In this document: positions 38,903-52,834 of the stretch, piece by piece
Layout: each line of letters starts with the position of its first letter
Position numbering within the stretch: position 1 is the stretch's first letter
Assembly: GCA_040954595.2 (NCBI GenBank)
Contig: CM082590.2
Location: forward strand, 7,254,001-7,318,000
From: Balanoglossus misakiensis
Lineage: Eukaryota; Animalia; Hemichordata
DNA: 64,000 bases
Direction: 5' to 3'
Program-made: the position numbers and the translations under genes
Notes under the pieces: generated by a model
The model's database searches: none
What the model saw: only the letters and a program-made list of their open reading frames with translations
Told to the model about the DNA's origin: nothing

Positions 38903-39621
38903 TCAATAAACCCCACCAAAGAAAACCATCTGTGCTTTATTGGCGAGTTTTTCCCCTTTACGGGAGTCGTAAATTTTAATATGTGTGTGTTTATGTGGAG
39001 AGCCTAGATTTGATGACACTGTGGTTGAAGTTAGGGTGAGCATTATAGCCCACTGATAGACCGAGCAGGGCTAGAGTTCATGAACACATACATGTATTGA
39101 ATAATATCACTCTCTTAGATACTGGCAGCTGTGTGGCCACAGTAAGTTAAGTCTGTGTTTTGCGTCCACTCGAAATTCTGAAATGTAAGCAGGTATTCTC
39201 AAACACACAAACAAAATTTAACTCAAAACCAGATTGATATGGATTCAAATGTATCAGTTAAATGTATGTGGATATTATTATCACAAACTGTTTGATAATC
39301 TGAAGGAATAATTTTCATTTTAAACTTGCTAGAAATTGCAAAGTTACAGGTTAATGTAAAAACTCTGTGGTGATCCCTTCTGTTTATTCTGTAAATACCG
39401 CAATTAGGAAGTAGGTGAGAAATAATAAACAAACACTGTTGGAATTCTAAACCATTTAGCCGTTGGCTAGATGTGCTTAGAACCTCCTATCTTTGTGTTT
39501 ATGAGTCCCCCGGGTGTATTCCATTAGTTGTTTGTTTGTGGGGTGTTGGTTGATTGACAGCATGCTGTGAATAAATTAATATTAATGTCTCCAGAATTTG
39601 TTCAGAATAGTCTGTCTTCAA

Positions 39622-39751
39622 GACCACCACCAATATCATTATCATCATTCCCATCCTCACCTTCATCATCCTCATCATCATTTTCATCGTCGTCGTCGTT
39701 GTCATCATCATCATCATTATTATCATCATTGTCTTCATCACCACCACCACC

Positions 39752-39783
<32 letters not shown>

Positions 39784-39785
39784 TC

Positions 39786-39816
<31 letters not shown>

Positions 39817-39837
39817 CATCATCATCATCATCATCAA

Positions 39838-39870
<33 letters not shown>

Positions 39871-39931
39871 TCCCATCCTCCTCCTCCTCATCATCATCGT
39901 CATCTTCACATCACAACCATTCATCATCATT
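39622..39931. repeat. (CAT)n/(CAC)n/(CCT)n compound microsatellite
   Basis: Direct reading; source of the poly-H, poly-S and poly-M ORFs at 39499-39962. Confidence 0.97.
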
Positions 39932-41685
39932 GTCTGTAGTGTCGACTTCTTCAGCTCCATAACACAAGGGTTACATCAACACACTTATTACAGTCGCTAA
40001 CAAACATGGTGGCCTAGCTGTTATGGGGATTTGAATAAGAGAGCCCCTTTTGTGAGCTTCTCAGACTTCTCTGTAATCTGATCCACGATGGTACACTCGA
40101 ACCAGTAATTTAACGCTAAGGATAGCACCCTATTCTGTTATAGCAACATTAACCCAAGCTTTAGGCTGTAGCTGTTGAATCTTACTTTTGTCCTTGGACA
40201 GTAATGACTATCATTTGTCTGTGACATTCCAGATAGTAATGTAGATATTACCCACATATCAGTAACATGCTCAGGATTGACACAAACTGTAATATTATAT
40301 CTACACCTGATTGTGATAGAAATTACAACCTAGCCATAAGAAATTACAACCTAGCCATAATTTCTTCACGGCCAAATTTATACTTCCTGTTGTTAATGGC
40401 TGTCATATACGAAGGGCATCTATTTAAATATTCATAATATGACTAATTAAATATGCACAACGCACCGTCCCATGAGAGGGTGCGTGCGATCATTGTCGGT
40501 TTTTGAACGATGATGGTCGTTAATGTTTCAGTCCTTGATGAGATATGGACATTTTTTCATTAACGATTGATGAAATATTAAGTAAACGGTACTTTGAACT
40601 ACTTCTTTCCTCCAGAATTGCTATAATTTTCAGCATAATTTTAATATTTTGCTGATATCCAAACGTGTCGGTTGTCGGAGATCGTATTCATAAGAAATCT
40701 AATAATCAGCATATTCTCTTCAAATAAAACCGTCTGTGACATCACATGTACTTCTTTTGTTCAAAAATCATGTCTACTTTTGCAATAAATCCGCAAAAAC
40801 TTCAGGAGAATTTTTCTGACAGTAGTCCAACCTGATTAATTGCAATATCTTCATTTGCATATTGGCGTATCTGACCTTTAATGGGAAATATTTTACTTGG
40901 TGCAAATGAGAGTAAGTTCCCCCCAAGGTCGCGTGTTGTTTTGTTGCCACGCCGATCGACAATCACACATTTTACAAGACTTGACACATGATTAACATTC
41001 GCGGACAACGGTTACCATGGCAGCGGGGTTGCATGACACTGTTTCATATGCACTTGACTGCTGATGAAATGTTGCGTGACGTTATGCCATTTCGTATTCA
41101 TGACTTTGCGTTTCGAGTCATATCTGCGAGAAGAGAGATCAACGCGAACTCGTAAAATTGTGCGGTAATCTTCGTCTAATGCCCCTGTCACAAACAATGA
41201 AGCCAGAACGCACGACGCTCGCATCCAATAGACACTCCTCTGCTCAGAGCTTTCCGAATTCAGACCGGGGAAATTTTCAGACGTTTTCAATGATGTCGAG
41301 TCGTAAATTAAATTTGGAGAGTAATTACTTTCTTAACGTGATAATGCCGCGCGGTTTAATAGCGTTAGATTGTAATAGGATGGTGCAGAGTCTATTCATT
41401 GGGAGAAAAGTTATCCGTATTGCAATGCTATTGATGAAAAACCACCTGCCTGGTGCATAGACCTTCATTTCCTTACCAGAAACCAATATTAAAGATGCTT
41501 AGCATTCGCGATTTTAATTGCGGTCAGGTCGTTCAGGTTCTCATGAATCTTTGAAAATTAAATGCGCTTTTCGACGAGGAAGCGGACCAATTTGGGAACG
41601 GAAACAGTGTCATCAAGTTCAAATTCATTTTCCAGATGGACTGTTTCTTTTCTGGGCGTATGTAAATTGGAGGTGATGTGTACCT

Positions 41686-41780
41686 TTAACCCTTTCACAC
41701 CCATTTACCTCTGTAGAGGTCCAACGTTGCCATAGAAAACTATGGGTTTGGACTAAACCATGGTGGTGAAAGGGTTTTAA
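41686..41780. mobile_element. piggyBac-like MITE family E (~90 bp)
   Basis: TTAA-CCCTTTCAC ... GTGAAAGGG-TT; reverse orientation relative to 45854-45946. Confidence 0.8.
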
Positions 41781-43454
41781 AAAAGCATATATAACCTTGC
41801 AGGACAAGTTACAGATATACAATGATAGCATTGAGTGTCATATTGCTGTTTATAAAATCTGCTATTTGACAAAAAAAAATTTGTTTGTCTTTTATGGCCA
41901 ACTGATACAGTACATTTAAGTACACAACACTCTGAAATGTAATACTTCAATCTAAATAGACGGTATTAATTTTATCAAACATTTTTGGTGTATATTGACT
42001 GTGATTGTGAAATGTCACTGAACCCGATAGCCGGCTGGGAAAATTTAGCTGCAGTGACAAATGAAGTTTCGGTATACACAGACATCAGATCAATCTTGCC
42101 TTTGTTTGCGTGCAGTAAATCAGTGTGCTCCGTAAATTTAGTCGATAAATTAGACAGGTTTTTCTACGGATTTGAATGTAAAAAGTCTAGGAATTTGCAT
42201 AGTCTGTGAAAAAAATTGTGCTAGCTCATTCATTTTGATGCTGACTTGTAGAGCTTATATTTTATAGTTAATGCTTATCTTTAAGCTTTGTACCTTACAG
42301 ACCACATACATCTGAGTTCTTCATTTTGCAAGATATTCTTCGTAAAAATGCAAGCAAACGTTTTGGATTTTAGTAAAAAATAAACTAAAATATTCCCCAT
42401 TTTAGTGCACATATATGCCAATTGTCATAATTATTATACCTGAATCAAAAATAATGTCAGATTTGATTCTACTTTGCAGTACACAAACGACGAATAAAAA
42501 TTGTGTAAATAAAAAAAATATCATTTATTCTATTCCATTTTGGTGCAGTTGTAAGTAGGTTGTAATAGGTTTGATATCTGAAGCAAAATATATTAGTGTC
42601 TGCAGATGCCAAGGTTAGATTAATTGTCAAAAGATTTCGATAATCGCAGTTGGTGTGACCGGCCATTTTGTGTAAATTTGTGCTGGAGTTCCCGGATTTC
42701 ATGAAAAGTTCATCAGCCTTGACATTATTTATTTTCTCAGAGAATTTACAAACAATCCCCCAAAATTATTTCAATCGAAATTTATTTGACGGTGAAAATT
42801 TATGCCTGCATTCACCAGCCATCAAAGTTAAAACAAATTTAAAACCAAAATTTTTCGATCTGAATCGTACTTGATTGAAATCTGGCCTCGAAATGCTACT
42901 TGAAATTTTAAAAGCAAGCATGCCATATGTAAAATGGGGAAATAATAGACTTACATAATAATAAAACTGGTACCATGCAAATCTACTGTTCAACTCATTT
43001 TTCTATTCTATTTTAGTTTATTGGGGTTATTGTCCATGGCACAATTTGAATTTGAATTGGAAATTTTTCAAAGTAATTTACATAACGAGAAACAGACAAA
43101 AATGAGACATAACAACATGCTGTGGCTGTTATATAACTTTGTATTATATGTTATGAATATTTTTTTACATGGGAACCAGCTGATGGCCTTGAGTTTTGAT
43201 ACAGAAGCCTATTAATTGTTTCCTTCAGTGGTAAACACATAAAATACTAACTCTAACAGTACATTAGAACAATATATTTTTTACTAAGACTAGCGTTTAC
43301 ACGTCCACACACACAAATTTAGTCTATATTATATTTTACCCTGAACATGGACTTAAATATAAAGAAATATATCTTGATACATAAAGTGTTACAATTTAGT
43401 TTCAAGTTAATAACAGATACTTTCCTTTTTGTTTAATTTGTTCCATATTCAATT

Positions 43455-43777
43455 TGTTACATTTTACAATAAAACATAGATATAATATGATTAATAAATT
43501 GATACAGAGTAGTTAAAAAGTAGTTACAATTTTGTTACAAATAGGTTACAAATTTATACAAAAAATCATTTTCACTAAGTTGATTATATTTGTCACATTT
43601 TACAATAAAACATAGATACAATATGATGTATAAATTGATACATAGTAGTTAAAAAGTAGTTAAAATTTGGTTACAAATAGGTTACAAATTTGTCTAAATG
43701 GTTACATTGTATACAATTATGTACATGTATGTCATTAGCAAATTGATACAAAAAATCATTTTCACTAAGTTGATTAT
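43455..43777. repeat. AT-rich tandem duplication, 136-bp period
   Basis: acattttacaataaaacatagata...ggttacaaattt at 43455 and 43591; a 32-bp block is repeated at 43556 and 43746. Confidence 0.9.
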
Positions 43778-44190
43778 GCAGGTACCATGACATATGAGTG
43801 TCTAGATTAGTGCATTTATTAACTTGAAGAGTACAGTTGAAAGTGAAAAAACCTTCAAGAACTACAGCTAGGCGGAAATTTCATCACCCTTTCATAGTAA
43901 ATACACATTGAAGTTGATGCCAAGCAGAGAAGGCTCAACAACTCTGTTTTAATGAAACTAATTTCGCTGTGGGTTATTTGCAATGGACGCAGTCAAGTTG
44001 AAACCTTTTATTTTACTTGCGGCATCTCTTGTGTACACAACCACTTGTTCCCTGCGAAGAAATTTGTGTCTGAGTGTACTTGAAGTTGATTCCATGGTCT
44101 CGAGAGAAGCAAGTGTATGTGATACATATATTCTAGTACTACATGTAGTAGATACATTAATTCATGCATAGATATATACAGTACATAGAG

Positions 44191-44258
44191 ATACATACAT
44201 ACATACGTACATACATACATACATACATACATACATACATACATACATACATACATAC
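44191..44258. repeat. (TACA)n microsatellite
   Basis: Direct reading. Confidence 0.97.
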
Positions 44259-44691
44259 TTGTATTAAAATGCATCTAACTGATATTCATATCTGATTTCA
44301 GACTCCTTCTTATCACAAAAGCCATATAAATTGAAATTTTGATGAGAGATCTTGAGTTCATGGATTTCATTACTTTGTGCCTGATTCATATCTCAGAGAT
44401 CCTGATCTATTCATTATTAGAAGTGCATTTAATCAAACATAAAATAATTCTGGCGACAGTGTATTTAATTTTGTATGTGTTAGAATAACTTATAGAAAGA
44501 ACTTGAGTTAGAAAATTATATTTCAGTGAGATAAGCGAAATTGATGGTTGTGTGGGGTGACATCGGCAAGTTGTATGATCTTGAAATTGATTTTCATCTG
44601 TCTGCGCTTGTGAGGAATTTCTGACCCCATTATTTAACTGCAGGTGGCATCTTGGTTGAGTCACTGCTAATTAGGATTGATGAACTTCATA

Positions 44692-45261
44692 GTGGAATCG
44701 TTCTACCTTAACATTTGTGCCTGTGAGCTTAAGCCTGTAGCCCTTGCTGGATTTGAAGAAATACTGTAAAACAATTTAACAGGAAAATTTTCAGACAGGA
44801 AATTTTCGCGATATCAAAAGCGCTGTTACGCGACAATTAATTTTTGCGTTATTGGAATTGTTCTACCTTAACATTTGTGCCTGTGAGCTTAAGCCCTCGC
44901 TGGATTTGAAGAAATACTGTAACACGCAAAATTTTTCGGACAGGAAATTGTCGCGATATTGAAAACAGTAACTGTTAGTATTACATGAAAATCGATTTTC
45001 GTGTTCACGTATTTCACTGCATCGTTATCTCTAAAAAACATTTTTTACCCGACCTTTAATTTTCACGTTTTTTTGCTCTCGCGTAGTTCGCGAAAAATTG
45101 TAACTGTTACATGAAAATTGATTTTCGTGTTCACGTATTTCACTGCATCATTATCTCTAAAAAAAACATTTTTTACGCGACTTTTAAATTTTCACCTTTT
45201 TTGTTGCTCTCGCGTAGTTCGCGAACAATTATCGTTCACGAAAATTTCCCGTTGTACAGTA
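44692..45261 (+). mobile_element. Family A MITE expanded by two successive tandem duplications
   Basis: Flank plus left end duplicated (~44692 and ~44852), body duplicated (~44968 and ~45100), single right TIR ...gaaaatttcccgttgtacagTA. Confidence 0.8.
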
Positions 45262-45853
45262 TTATTACTGGGAGACACACACCGGAATTAGAGAAACATT
45301 CCCGGGAAATATTCCCAGTCCGTTTCAGAACTGTCAAAACATTCATTATCTGTGTCCGGTTTTAAGACATGTTCACCACTATCACTTCATGTTTAATGAA
45401 ATTCCAGCGTTCAATACGGAAAAACGCACCTGACAGTGCGTGTGTATGCATGTTTCATAGCTGTTTGCACCAATCAATATTAATGAGTGTCTGTCTGAGT
45501 AAGTCCAGGGTAGCTTACATGTGATTACCCCCACTGGTTTATGAATAATGGAATGATCCAATTGTTTGGCACGTCTGGGATATTCCATAGAACTAAAGTT
45601 TAGTGTTCGAAGAGAGACCAACTTTTTTAGGTATATGTACTTACAGTACAAGGGGAAATATTTACTGGAAACTTTTTACTTTAAATTTGATTCATTGATT
45701 CAAGAAATGATGATAAACTGAAACAGATCCTTCATTCAAACTGTAAAAACTCAATCCACTTTTAAACATTGTATAATGTTACAAAACACACCTGTAAATG
45801 CTGGCCACACTTGAAACATAACTCGTAACTCGTACTTTGCTCAAAGGCGAGAT

Positions 45854-45946
45854 TTAACCCTTTCACCACCATGGTTCAGTTTAAACCCATTGTTTCTTAT
45901 GGTAAAGTTGGACCTCTATAGAGGGAACTGGGGGTGGAAGGGTTAA
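45854..45946. mobile_element. piggyBac-like MITE family E, complete
   Basis: TTAA-CCCTTTCACCACC ... GGGGGTGGAAGGG-TTAA. Confidence 0.88.
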
Positions 45947-46059
45947 GCGTAGTTGTCTGTCAACGCATCTATAAGCATTATCAGTATAGGGCTCTGTACG
46001 ACAGCTTACAAATGGTTCTTGCAATAATCAGTGAACCTTAACAGAAAGTTTTTTGCAAA

Positions 46060-46560
46060 ACTGTCTGCTGTTATTTCCAACGACCTTCAGAGATACGACC
46101 ACAATGACAGCTAATCGAAATTATAATAACGATTTCAGACACATTTTATTCTGCGCCATGCAATAAACAGCCTGCAGACAAAGACGTGGCAATAACTGTA
46201 TTATTATCGTACCCTGGCTCATTATCGCCGAAATTCATATGCAAATTAGCGATGTATGGGACAGAGCGTTGACCGATGGCTCGTACTGTCCGCGGCTATA
46301 AACTTTTGTTGCCGTCCATTGTGTGGCAAATATCAAAGCTCGACATGAGCAATTGAGTGGTCACTGTTGCCGTGGCAACCGTCGGGTGTGCGTCCATCCC
46401 TCCATTCTTTGGTTTGTTTATTGGGACAGTCGAACGATCCGTCTTCGTGACACCTGAAATTTACTGTCTCGTGCGATTTGCAATTTTACGACCCGTTATC
46501 TGATGGCGACAGAGTCAATAGTTTTACTTAGAAGACGCAATTATTAGTCTGAGAAAGCAC
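46060..46560. promoter_or_regulatory. Candidate intronic enhancer (CpG-retaining island with X-box and octamer)
   Basis: GTTGCCGTGGCAAC at 46366-46379, ATGCAAAT near 46239, many CpGs amid CpG-poor flanks. Confidence 0.5.
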
Positions 46561-47465
46561 ACCCAGTAATTCCTCCCCATTTCCTAGAAAATAACAGATT
46601 ATCCTTGTCTGAATGCAAGACAGGTAGTTAATTCACATCTTGGAGAGATTTTTCCAAAAAAATTAGGCCTCCAAACCTTTCAATTCTTTGCTATACTGTA
46701 CGATGTGACAGTGTTACTTGAACGGAATATGATGCAAATTGCTTGTCGTAATTGTTCACAAAAAATTAACCTCATAACTTTTACCATATTTTTTTTCCTA
46801 AAATTTTGATCAATACCTGCAGACGATGAAAAATTATGTCAGCTTGGTCTAAAATTAAGGGGGAAATGAGAGAAAAATAGCTTAAAATGGTAAAAATGTT
46901 GCACCAGATTTCGACAGCGAAAAATGTGGCATGAACAGAACGTGATAAATACCACTAGTTAAAATTTCCAATTTGAATATCAGGAAACACAAATGTGGGA
47001 AATTTAAGTTCAATCTTTGATTTTGATTGCAAAGAAACTACCACATTCTTATTCATGAAAATCAAACCCATACTAATCAATATGAGTCAAATAAGTGAAA
47101 GGTTAATTTGTATCATGTTAATATTTTATGAGGCTGATGATTATAAAATGTGTCATCTTAGACACTGGGAGAAAACCAAGTCAATAATTTTTCTGTAAGG
47201 TCTCGAAAGGGTATGTTTTAATGGCACATAAACATGAAACGTGACACCACATTTATTTCAAGAAACTTAAGTTATGGTTGTTTTGATGGATGGAAGTTCA
47301 TAAAGCGCGACCTTTGACCTGAACAGATTGGTTTAATTTACGGGGATAGTGTATAGACTTGGTTTTGAATGGTCCCCGACATGTACGGTATGGGAATTCA
47401 ACACCAAGCTAATGGTATGCCCGACGTTCCACATTCTTGTTTCTGCTAGTATTGCAACTCTCATA

Positions 47466-47677
47466 TACTGTAAAACACTTTATTTTCGCGTGTTAAATTT
47501 TTCGCGATATCGAGAGAGGCCACTGTTTCGCGAGTATTAATTTTCGCGTTCTCTTATTTCATTCACTGCATCGTTATCTTCAAAAACAATTTACGCGACT
47601 TTTTATTTTCACGCTATTTTGGCTCTCGCGTATTTAGCGAAAATTAATTGCTCGCGAAAATAAAGTGTTTTACAGTA
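47466..47677 (+). mobile_element. MITE family A, complete reference copy (208 bp plus TA TSDs)
   Basis: Perfect 23-bp TIRs CTGTAAAACACTTTATTTTCGCG / CGCGAAAATAAAGTGTTTTACAG, TA on both sides. Confidence 0.95.
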
Positions 47678-49904
47678 TGTCAGTGACAATCAAAATTATA
47701 CTGAGATATCTCGAGTTTCTTTGGGATAATGAAACATCCTGTCATGTCATCAACGAGTCGATCAGGAAGTCATATTTGTCTCCAGGGCGACGGTGATGTA
47801 AATTTCATCGGTGGTGTACATTTCTGAATTAATCATTTTAGCAGAGCGCTGTCTTCGGTCGTTTCATATTTAAACATCAGGCATATTGATTACATTTGGG
47901 AAATGTCCAACGGAAAATGAAAGTCTTTTGGCATGTGTATCTCGCTTGATGTTTGTTAAAACTGATCTTTATAAATTCTAGCAGTGATGGTCAGATGAGA
48001 AAGAAAATTGAATGTTTCTGTATTACTGTAAATGTCATTATTTTAAAATTTTTATGACCAGATTTATAATAACGAATATGGGAACTTAAAACTATAATTT
48101 TAATGAAAGACTGTTCTACTAAATGATCAACTAACCCCTAGTACATGAACACCCCCATTTGCCTGTACTTTGACCCAACCTCCCCAATGAAAACAATACG
48201 GTTAAACCATAGCACAGGGGTGGGCACCTCCAGTTCCTTGCGCACAGTTCCAACCTCACCATTGAAAATAAACAGAAACAAAAATATGATGAATTTGGTA
48301 AAAATAACATGATAGTACATACACACACACACAGGCTAAATGTGGTCAACATATGTCTAAAACATTATCTGTAAAGGATTTTTAATAGACCCCTGGATCT
48401 GTTTGTGATGGCCAACTTGTTGGGATGATCTCTGTTTCATTTCTCAACAAAAAAAAATTCCCTCAAGGCATTGCAGTTTTATAGTCTCATGCTCTTATAA
48501 ATAATAAATCCTTAATGAATTTTAGAAGCTTCCAAATATTTATCTCAGACCATTTCTGTGCAGATCTTAACAATAATAATTAGTAATCTGATTTTATTTA
48601 TTTCCTAGATATAAATAATTATCACAATGATCTTGACATTTATTTGAATAAAAACGAAATTAGAAAGTAGAAATTTCATGATATGAATCTAGAAAGAGAA
48701 TTATCAGGGAAAAGTATTTTTGTCAGTTTATTTCCGTGGTCTATAGCATATGGAAAGTGTGCTTCTAAGGCCTGGGAAATTTTTCATGAATTTTTTATTT
48801 GTCAACAACAAAAACATTTTACGCGTCCTGGTTTTAATTCTGCAATTTTTTCCTCCTTTTACAAGCGGTTAAAAAATGCAATATTTTTAGATGTTAATAT
48901 GATTATTGTTACAAATCTTCAAAAATAATTTATCATCGTATTTTCGTTATATATGTTATTTCTATAAATATATCTATGACTGTATCTAAATAGAATATAC
49001 TAATTTAGAAATTAATTATAATTTTTGTTGCAAACTAAAAAATAATTGATATCACGATTTTAGATATATATTAATTGTATATGCCTATATCTAGATAGAC
49101 TATATATTAATTTAGATATTATCATTTGTGTTACAATTACATATCTTCAGCTACCAGTAATCCAGAACTACCAGTATATCTGGATAGATATAATTATCAT
49201 GATTGATGTAAATCGGGAAATATGTCAGAAAAATGATGAGAATGTATATGAATGCAAAAGAGATTAGTAAATGTATCGCAAAATAGCAATTTTACAGATC
49301 AGGATTTTTTGACTGTGATAGTGGGGTAATATCCTGCGATCGTTTAACATGGGATTATATTGTGCAGTCTAATCTGGGGCTAACAATTTCACTGCAATTA
49401 TTTCTATAAACGTCGCTGCGTAAAAAAAAAGTCTAGGCAGGTTCTGGCAATCAATCAGGGCCCCGTTCAAAAATAGGCCTAATTGAGCATTTGTGAAGTC
49501 AAACAAAATCAGGACTGTTGATGTGCCAGTACTTGTACTCGCTGGAATCTAATTAGGGAGTGTCCATTTTATAATACTGGGGGGGGGGGTGATTTAGCCA
49601 TGATTGTTAAACTTTCTCCTTTATCATACCCCCTAGTTTACATCTGATATACTAGTTTGGTTCGCTGTGGTACAATAAGGCATTGTTTCTTTCAATTTCT
49701 GATCATGCCTCCTTTCTGAGTGTTACCAAAATGTACAGGTAATAATTTATAATAATGATCACTGTGCTTGTTAATGACATGTATACAGGGCTGTGAATCC
49801 GAACACTTAGGATATTAGCATTTCTCCAATATATTGTTTTGTCACCTATACAGGTCAGGTTTCATATAAGTTATTGATATTGGTGCGTTTTCTAGGTTAC
49901 GTTC

Positions 49905-50115
49905 AGTAAAAACTCGCCAAAATGAATAATTGGTCTCTACCATTTATTCATTTTGGGCGAATTTTTACTCCCATATAAAACAAGCGGGATGGAAGTTGTG
50001 TGTGGTAAAACATTGATTCACTATATATCCAAATGTAGAATAACGTAAACAGTGTCTTGTATCAAATATAATTAATTGAAAAAGGGCAGCGAGAGAGAGA
50101 CTTTGGTCCCTTTAA
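49905..50115 (-). mobile_element. MITE family B, half copy
   Basis: Ends gggcagcgagagagagactttggtccctTTAA. Confidence 0.85.
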
Positions 50116-50411
50116 AGCGAAATCTGTAAGGTGCACAGAAAGCAATCTAGAGTCCTATTTGCAATGTCAACACACTCATCAAATACATGCCTTCGGTAAG
50201 ACCTTCCAATTTGGCCAACAATTCTGCACTTCACTAAAAACTAACAAACAGCCAGCCTCCCGCTGAAATCCGAATCGATCTCGCGTCAAAGATTAAATGT
50301 GTGACATCGATGCGATAAATCAAACACTCCATGTTGAGGACGGAAAGTCATTTTCATTGGCGGCTTGGAATGAAAACTATCACAGATCACTTGTCAGTGT
50401 AATTCTGGGGT

Positions 50412-50840
50412 TAATGTAAAACGGGAAATTTTCACGACAGGAAATTTCTGCGATATCAAAAGAGGCAATGTTAAAGGGACAAAGTCTCTCTCTCGCTGCC
50501 CTTTTGGTGTTTACCATTTATTCATTTTGGCGAGATTTTTACTCTCATATCATAAAGGTAGAATGGAAGATGTGTGTGGTTGAACGTTGAATCACTATAC
50601 ATCCACATGTAGAATAGCATAAATGGTGTCTTGTATCAACCATAATTAATGGAAAAAGGGGCAGCGAGAGAGAGAGACTTTGCCCCTTTAAGCAAGGATT
50701 AATTTTCGCGTTCACATGTTTCTCTGCATCGGTATCTCCGAAAAACATTTTTACGTAACTTTTAATTTTTGCAATTTTTTTGGCTCTTGCGAAGTTCGCA
50801 GAATTTTTTTTTTTTCGTGGAAATGTCCCGTTTTACAGTA
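50412..50840 (+). mobile_element. Family A MITE carrying a nested family B MITE (50471-50691)
   Basis: A-left ...gatatcaaaagaggcaatg|TTAA-AGGGAC ... GCCCCT-TTAA|gcaaggattaattttcgcg... A-right ...ccgttttacagTA. Confidence 0.9.
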
Positions 50841-51417
50841 TGTCAACAGTGATGCGATGTCAAATTGACAGCTTCCTGCTTCTTTCATGAGTTCATATAG
50901 AGTGTAAATTACTGTAAAGAAAACCTCGACGAGCACAGTCCCTTGCTACGAATGTTTCTTCGATACCCATTTTCATCACTCAGTGTTGATGTTGACTGAC
51001 AACTATTTCGAACTCGGAATACAAATTTCAAGTGCATCTGTACTCTATCAAGTGCGAATTACTGTCATATTCCATCAGAGAAGTAACACTTCGCAGAGTG
51101 TTAATTTCTAGGCATTGCCGTGGAAATAGCGTGAGAGGGTGCTGATTGGACCGCTCTTGAGGGAGAATGTTTTCATTTCGCCTCAAGGAAAACAGTAATG
51201 GTTTTTTGTCCGTAAAGCTTTGGGTAGTACGAAAAATATCTGAGGTGATTCTTCGAAATGCATTACGTGGGGTGGTAGTGTTTGGGTTTTCAGAATTGAA
51301 CAGGATAGAAGTGGTTTTTACTGGCAGCCACTGAAGTTGTGCCCTTCACGAATCACACGTACACAACATGTCAGAACCAATATTGCAGAGTAAAGCTTGC
51401 AGTATTTCGTTGATAAA

Positions 51418-52331
51418 TACTGTAAAACAGTAAATTTTCGTGAACGATAATTTTTCGTGAACTTTATACGGGTCAAACAAACGCGATAATAAATTGTTGT
51501 GAAAGAACAATGTACAATAAAAAAATTAATTGCGGAATAATTGAACAAATTACAGGCTAGTCCAGCACCTCACCTACAATTTGTATGTCAACGTGGAAGT
51601 TAAAAAATATAATTTTCATCATTACCCAGAAAAAGCTAAATCGCATGAAACTTGGAGTGACATAATATCATATATTAAAGACATGTTTTGACTAAAAACT
51701 TACAAAGAATACCTATTCTATTTCTGAAAAGCGTGTTATCTGAACCTCACAATTATTTCTTGTTTGGCCTCAGTAGACTAACATGAGTGGACACTGATTT
51801 CAACTTTAGTTTCAAATGTCATCTGAATTAAACAGTCGCTGTAGTTTATTTCAAGTGAGGGACACAAGATCCTTGGACGCTGCGAAGAAGACAGGTCCGG
51901 TATGAGAACCCCCGTCACGAGATGATGATCTCGGTGAGCTGTCCCACTGGTATTCGATAGTCTGTCTGGACGCCAACCTAGACAAACCCTGACCTACTTC
52001 GCGCCAGTGCAACCATCATGTGTCTTCCCGTCCGAGCAAAAAGAATTCAACCTTCGCGAATGATACCGAAGTATATACAGTGTTATGGATACATGTCCAA
52101 CTTTAGAAAGATAAAATACTTAATACATGTACATGATAATGACTAAATCATTTGTTTCTTGTTCAGTAAACTTCTCCACAAGCCTGATTATCCATAAAAA
52201 TTAAAAAAAAATGTTATTAAAAAGAACGCGAATGATACCGAATTATATGCAGTGTTATGGATACATGTCCAACTTCAGGAAGATAAAATACTTAATACAT
52301 GTACATGATAAAAATAACCCATTTTACAGTA
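51418..52331 (-). mobile_element. Possible composite element: family A termini around ~800 bp of unrelated sequence
   Basis: TACTGTAAAACAGTAAATTTTCGTG at 51418 and AAAATAACCCATTTTACAGTA ending 52331; internal ~85-bp direct repeat at ~52056 and ~52227. Confidence 0.45.
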
Positions 52332-52834
52332 ATCAGTGTGCTACAGCTAAATAAGGTCTATTCTGAGAAAAAAACTAACAGTGACAGAGTCTATTCTGGG
52401 AAAAAAACTTTCCATGGTAATAGCATTTGAAAATAATCCGTCTTGCAAATGCTCATTTTAATAGTAAATTTTGAAAATTAGCTGTAACTTTTGGCTTATA
52501 TTTTCAGTATTTTGTTCTGTGTATCGAATGCAGTTTCTTGTTCTACTCCAAGCAGCATAAGTACCCCACTTGTCAACATAGGGAATTAAACCTGCATTTT
52601 AAACTGTAATTTGCCCTACTTCCATCATGTCAGGCAATGAATACATTATCAGAATTATAGCATGAACGATTCATCGAATATAATAATACTATAAGAGGAT
52701 TACATGAGTGCGAGAAAAATGATCGTGGTGTGAAATTTCTTGCCTTTTTCTGCGCTGATAGAGGTGAAAGTCAATATTTGTTGAGTTGTAAGATGGATGT
52801 CTGTATCAGATGGCCAAGCAGTGCTTCTACAGCG

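Noticed and set aside
39499-39962. His-rich, Ser-rich and Met-rich ORFs
   Set aside because: Trinucleotide microsatellite open in several frames on both strands; no splice or codon evidence.
51893-51960. cagGTCCGG (V-R) as the expected second exon VRTLFVSGLP
   Set aside because: Continues VRYENPRHEMMISVSCPTGIR*, not an RRM, and lacks a polypyrimidine tract.
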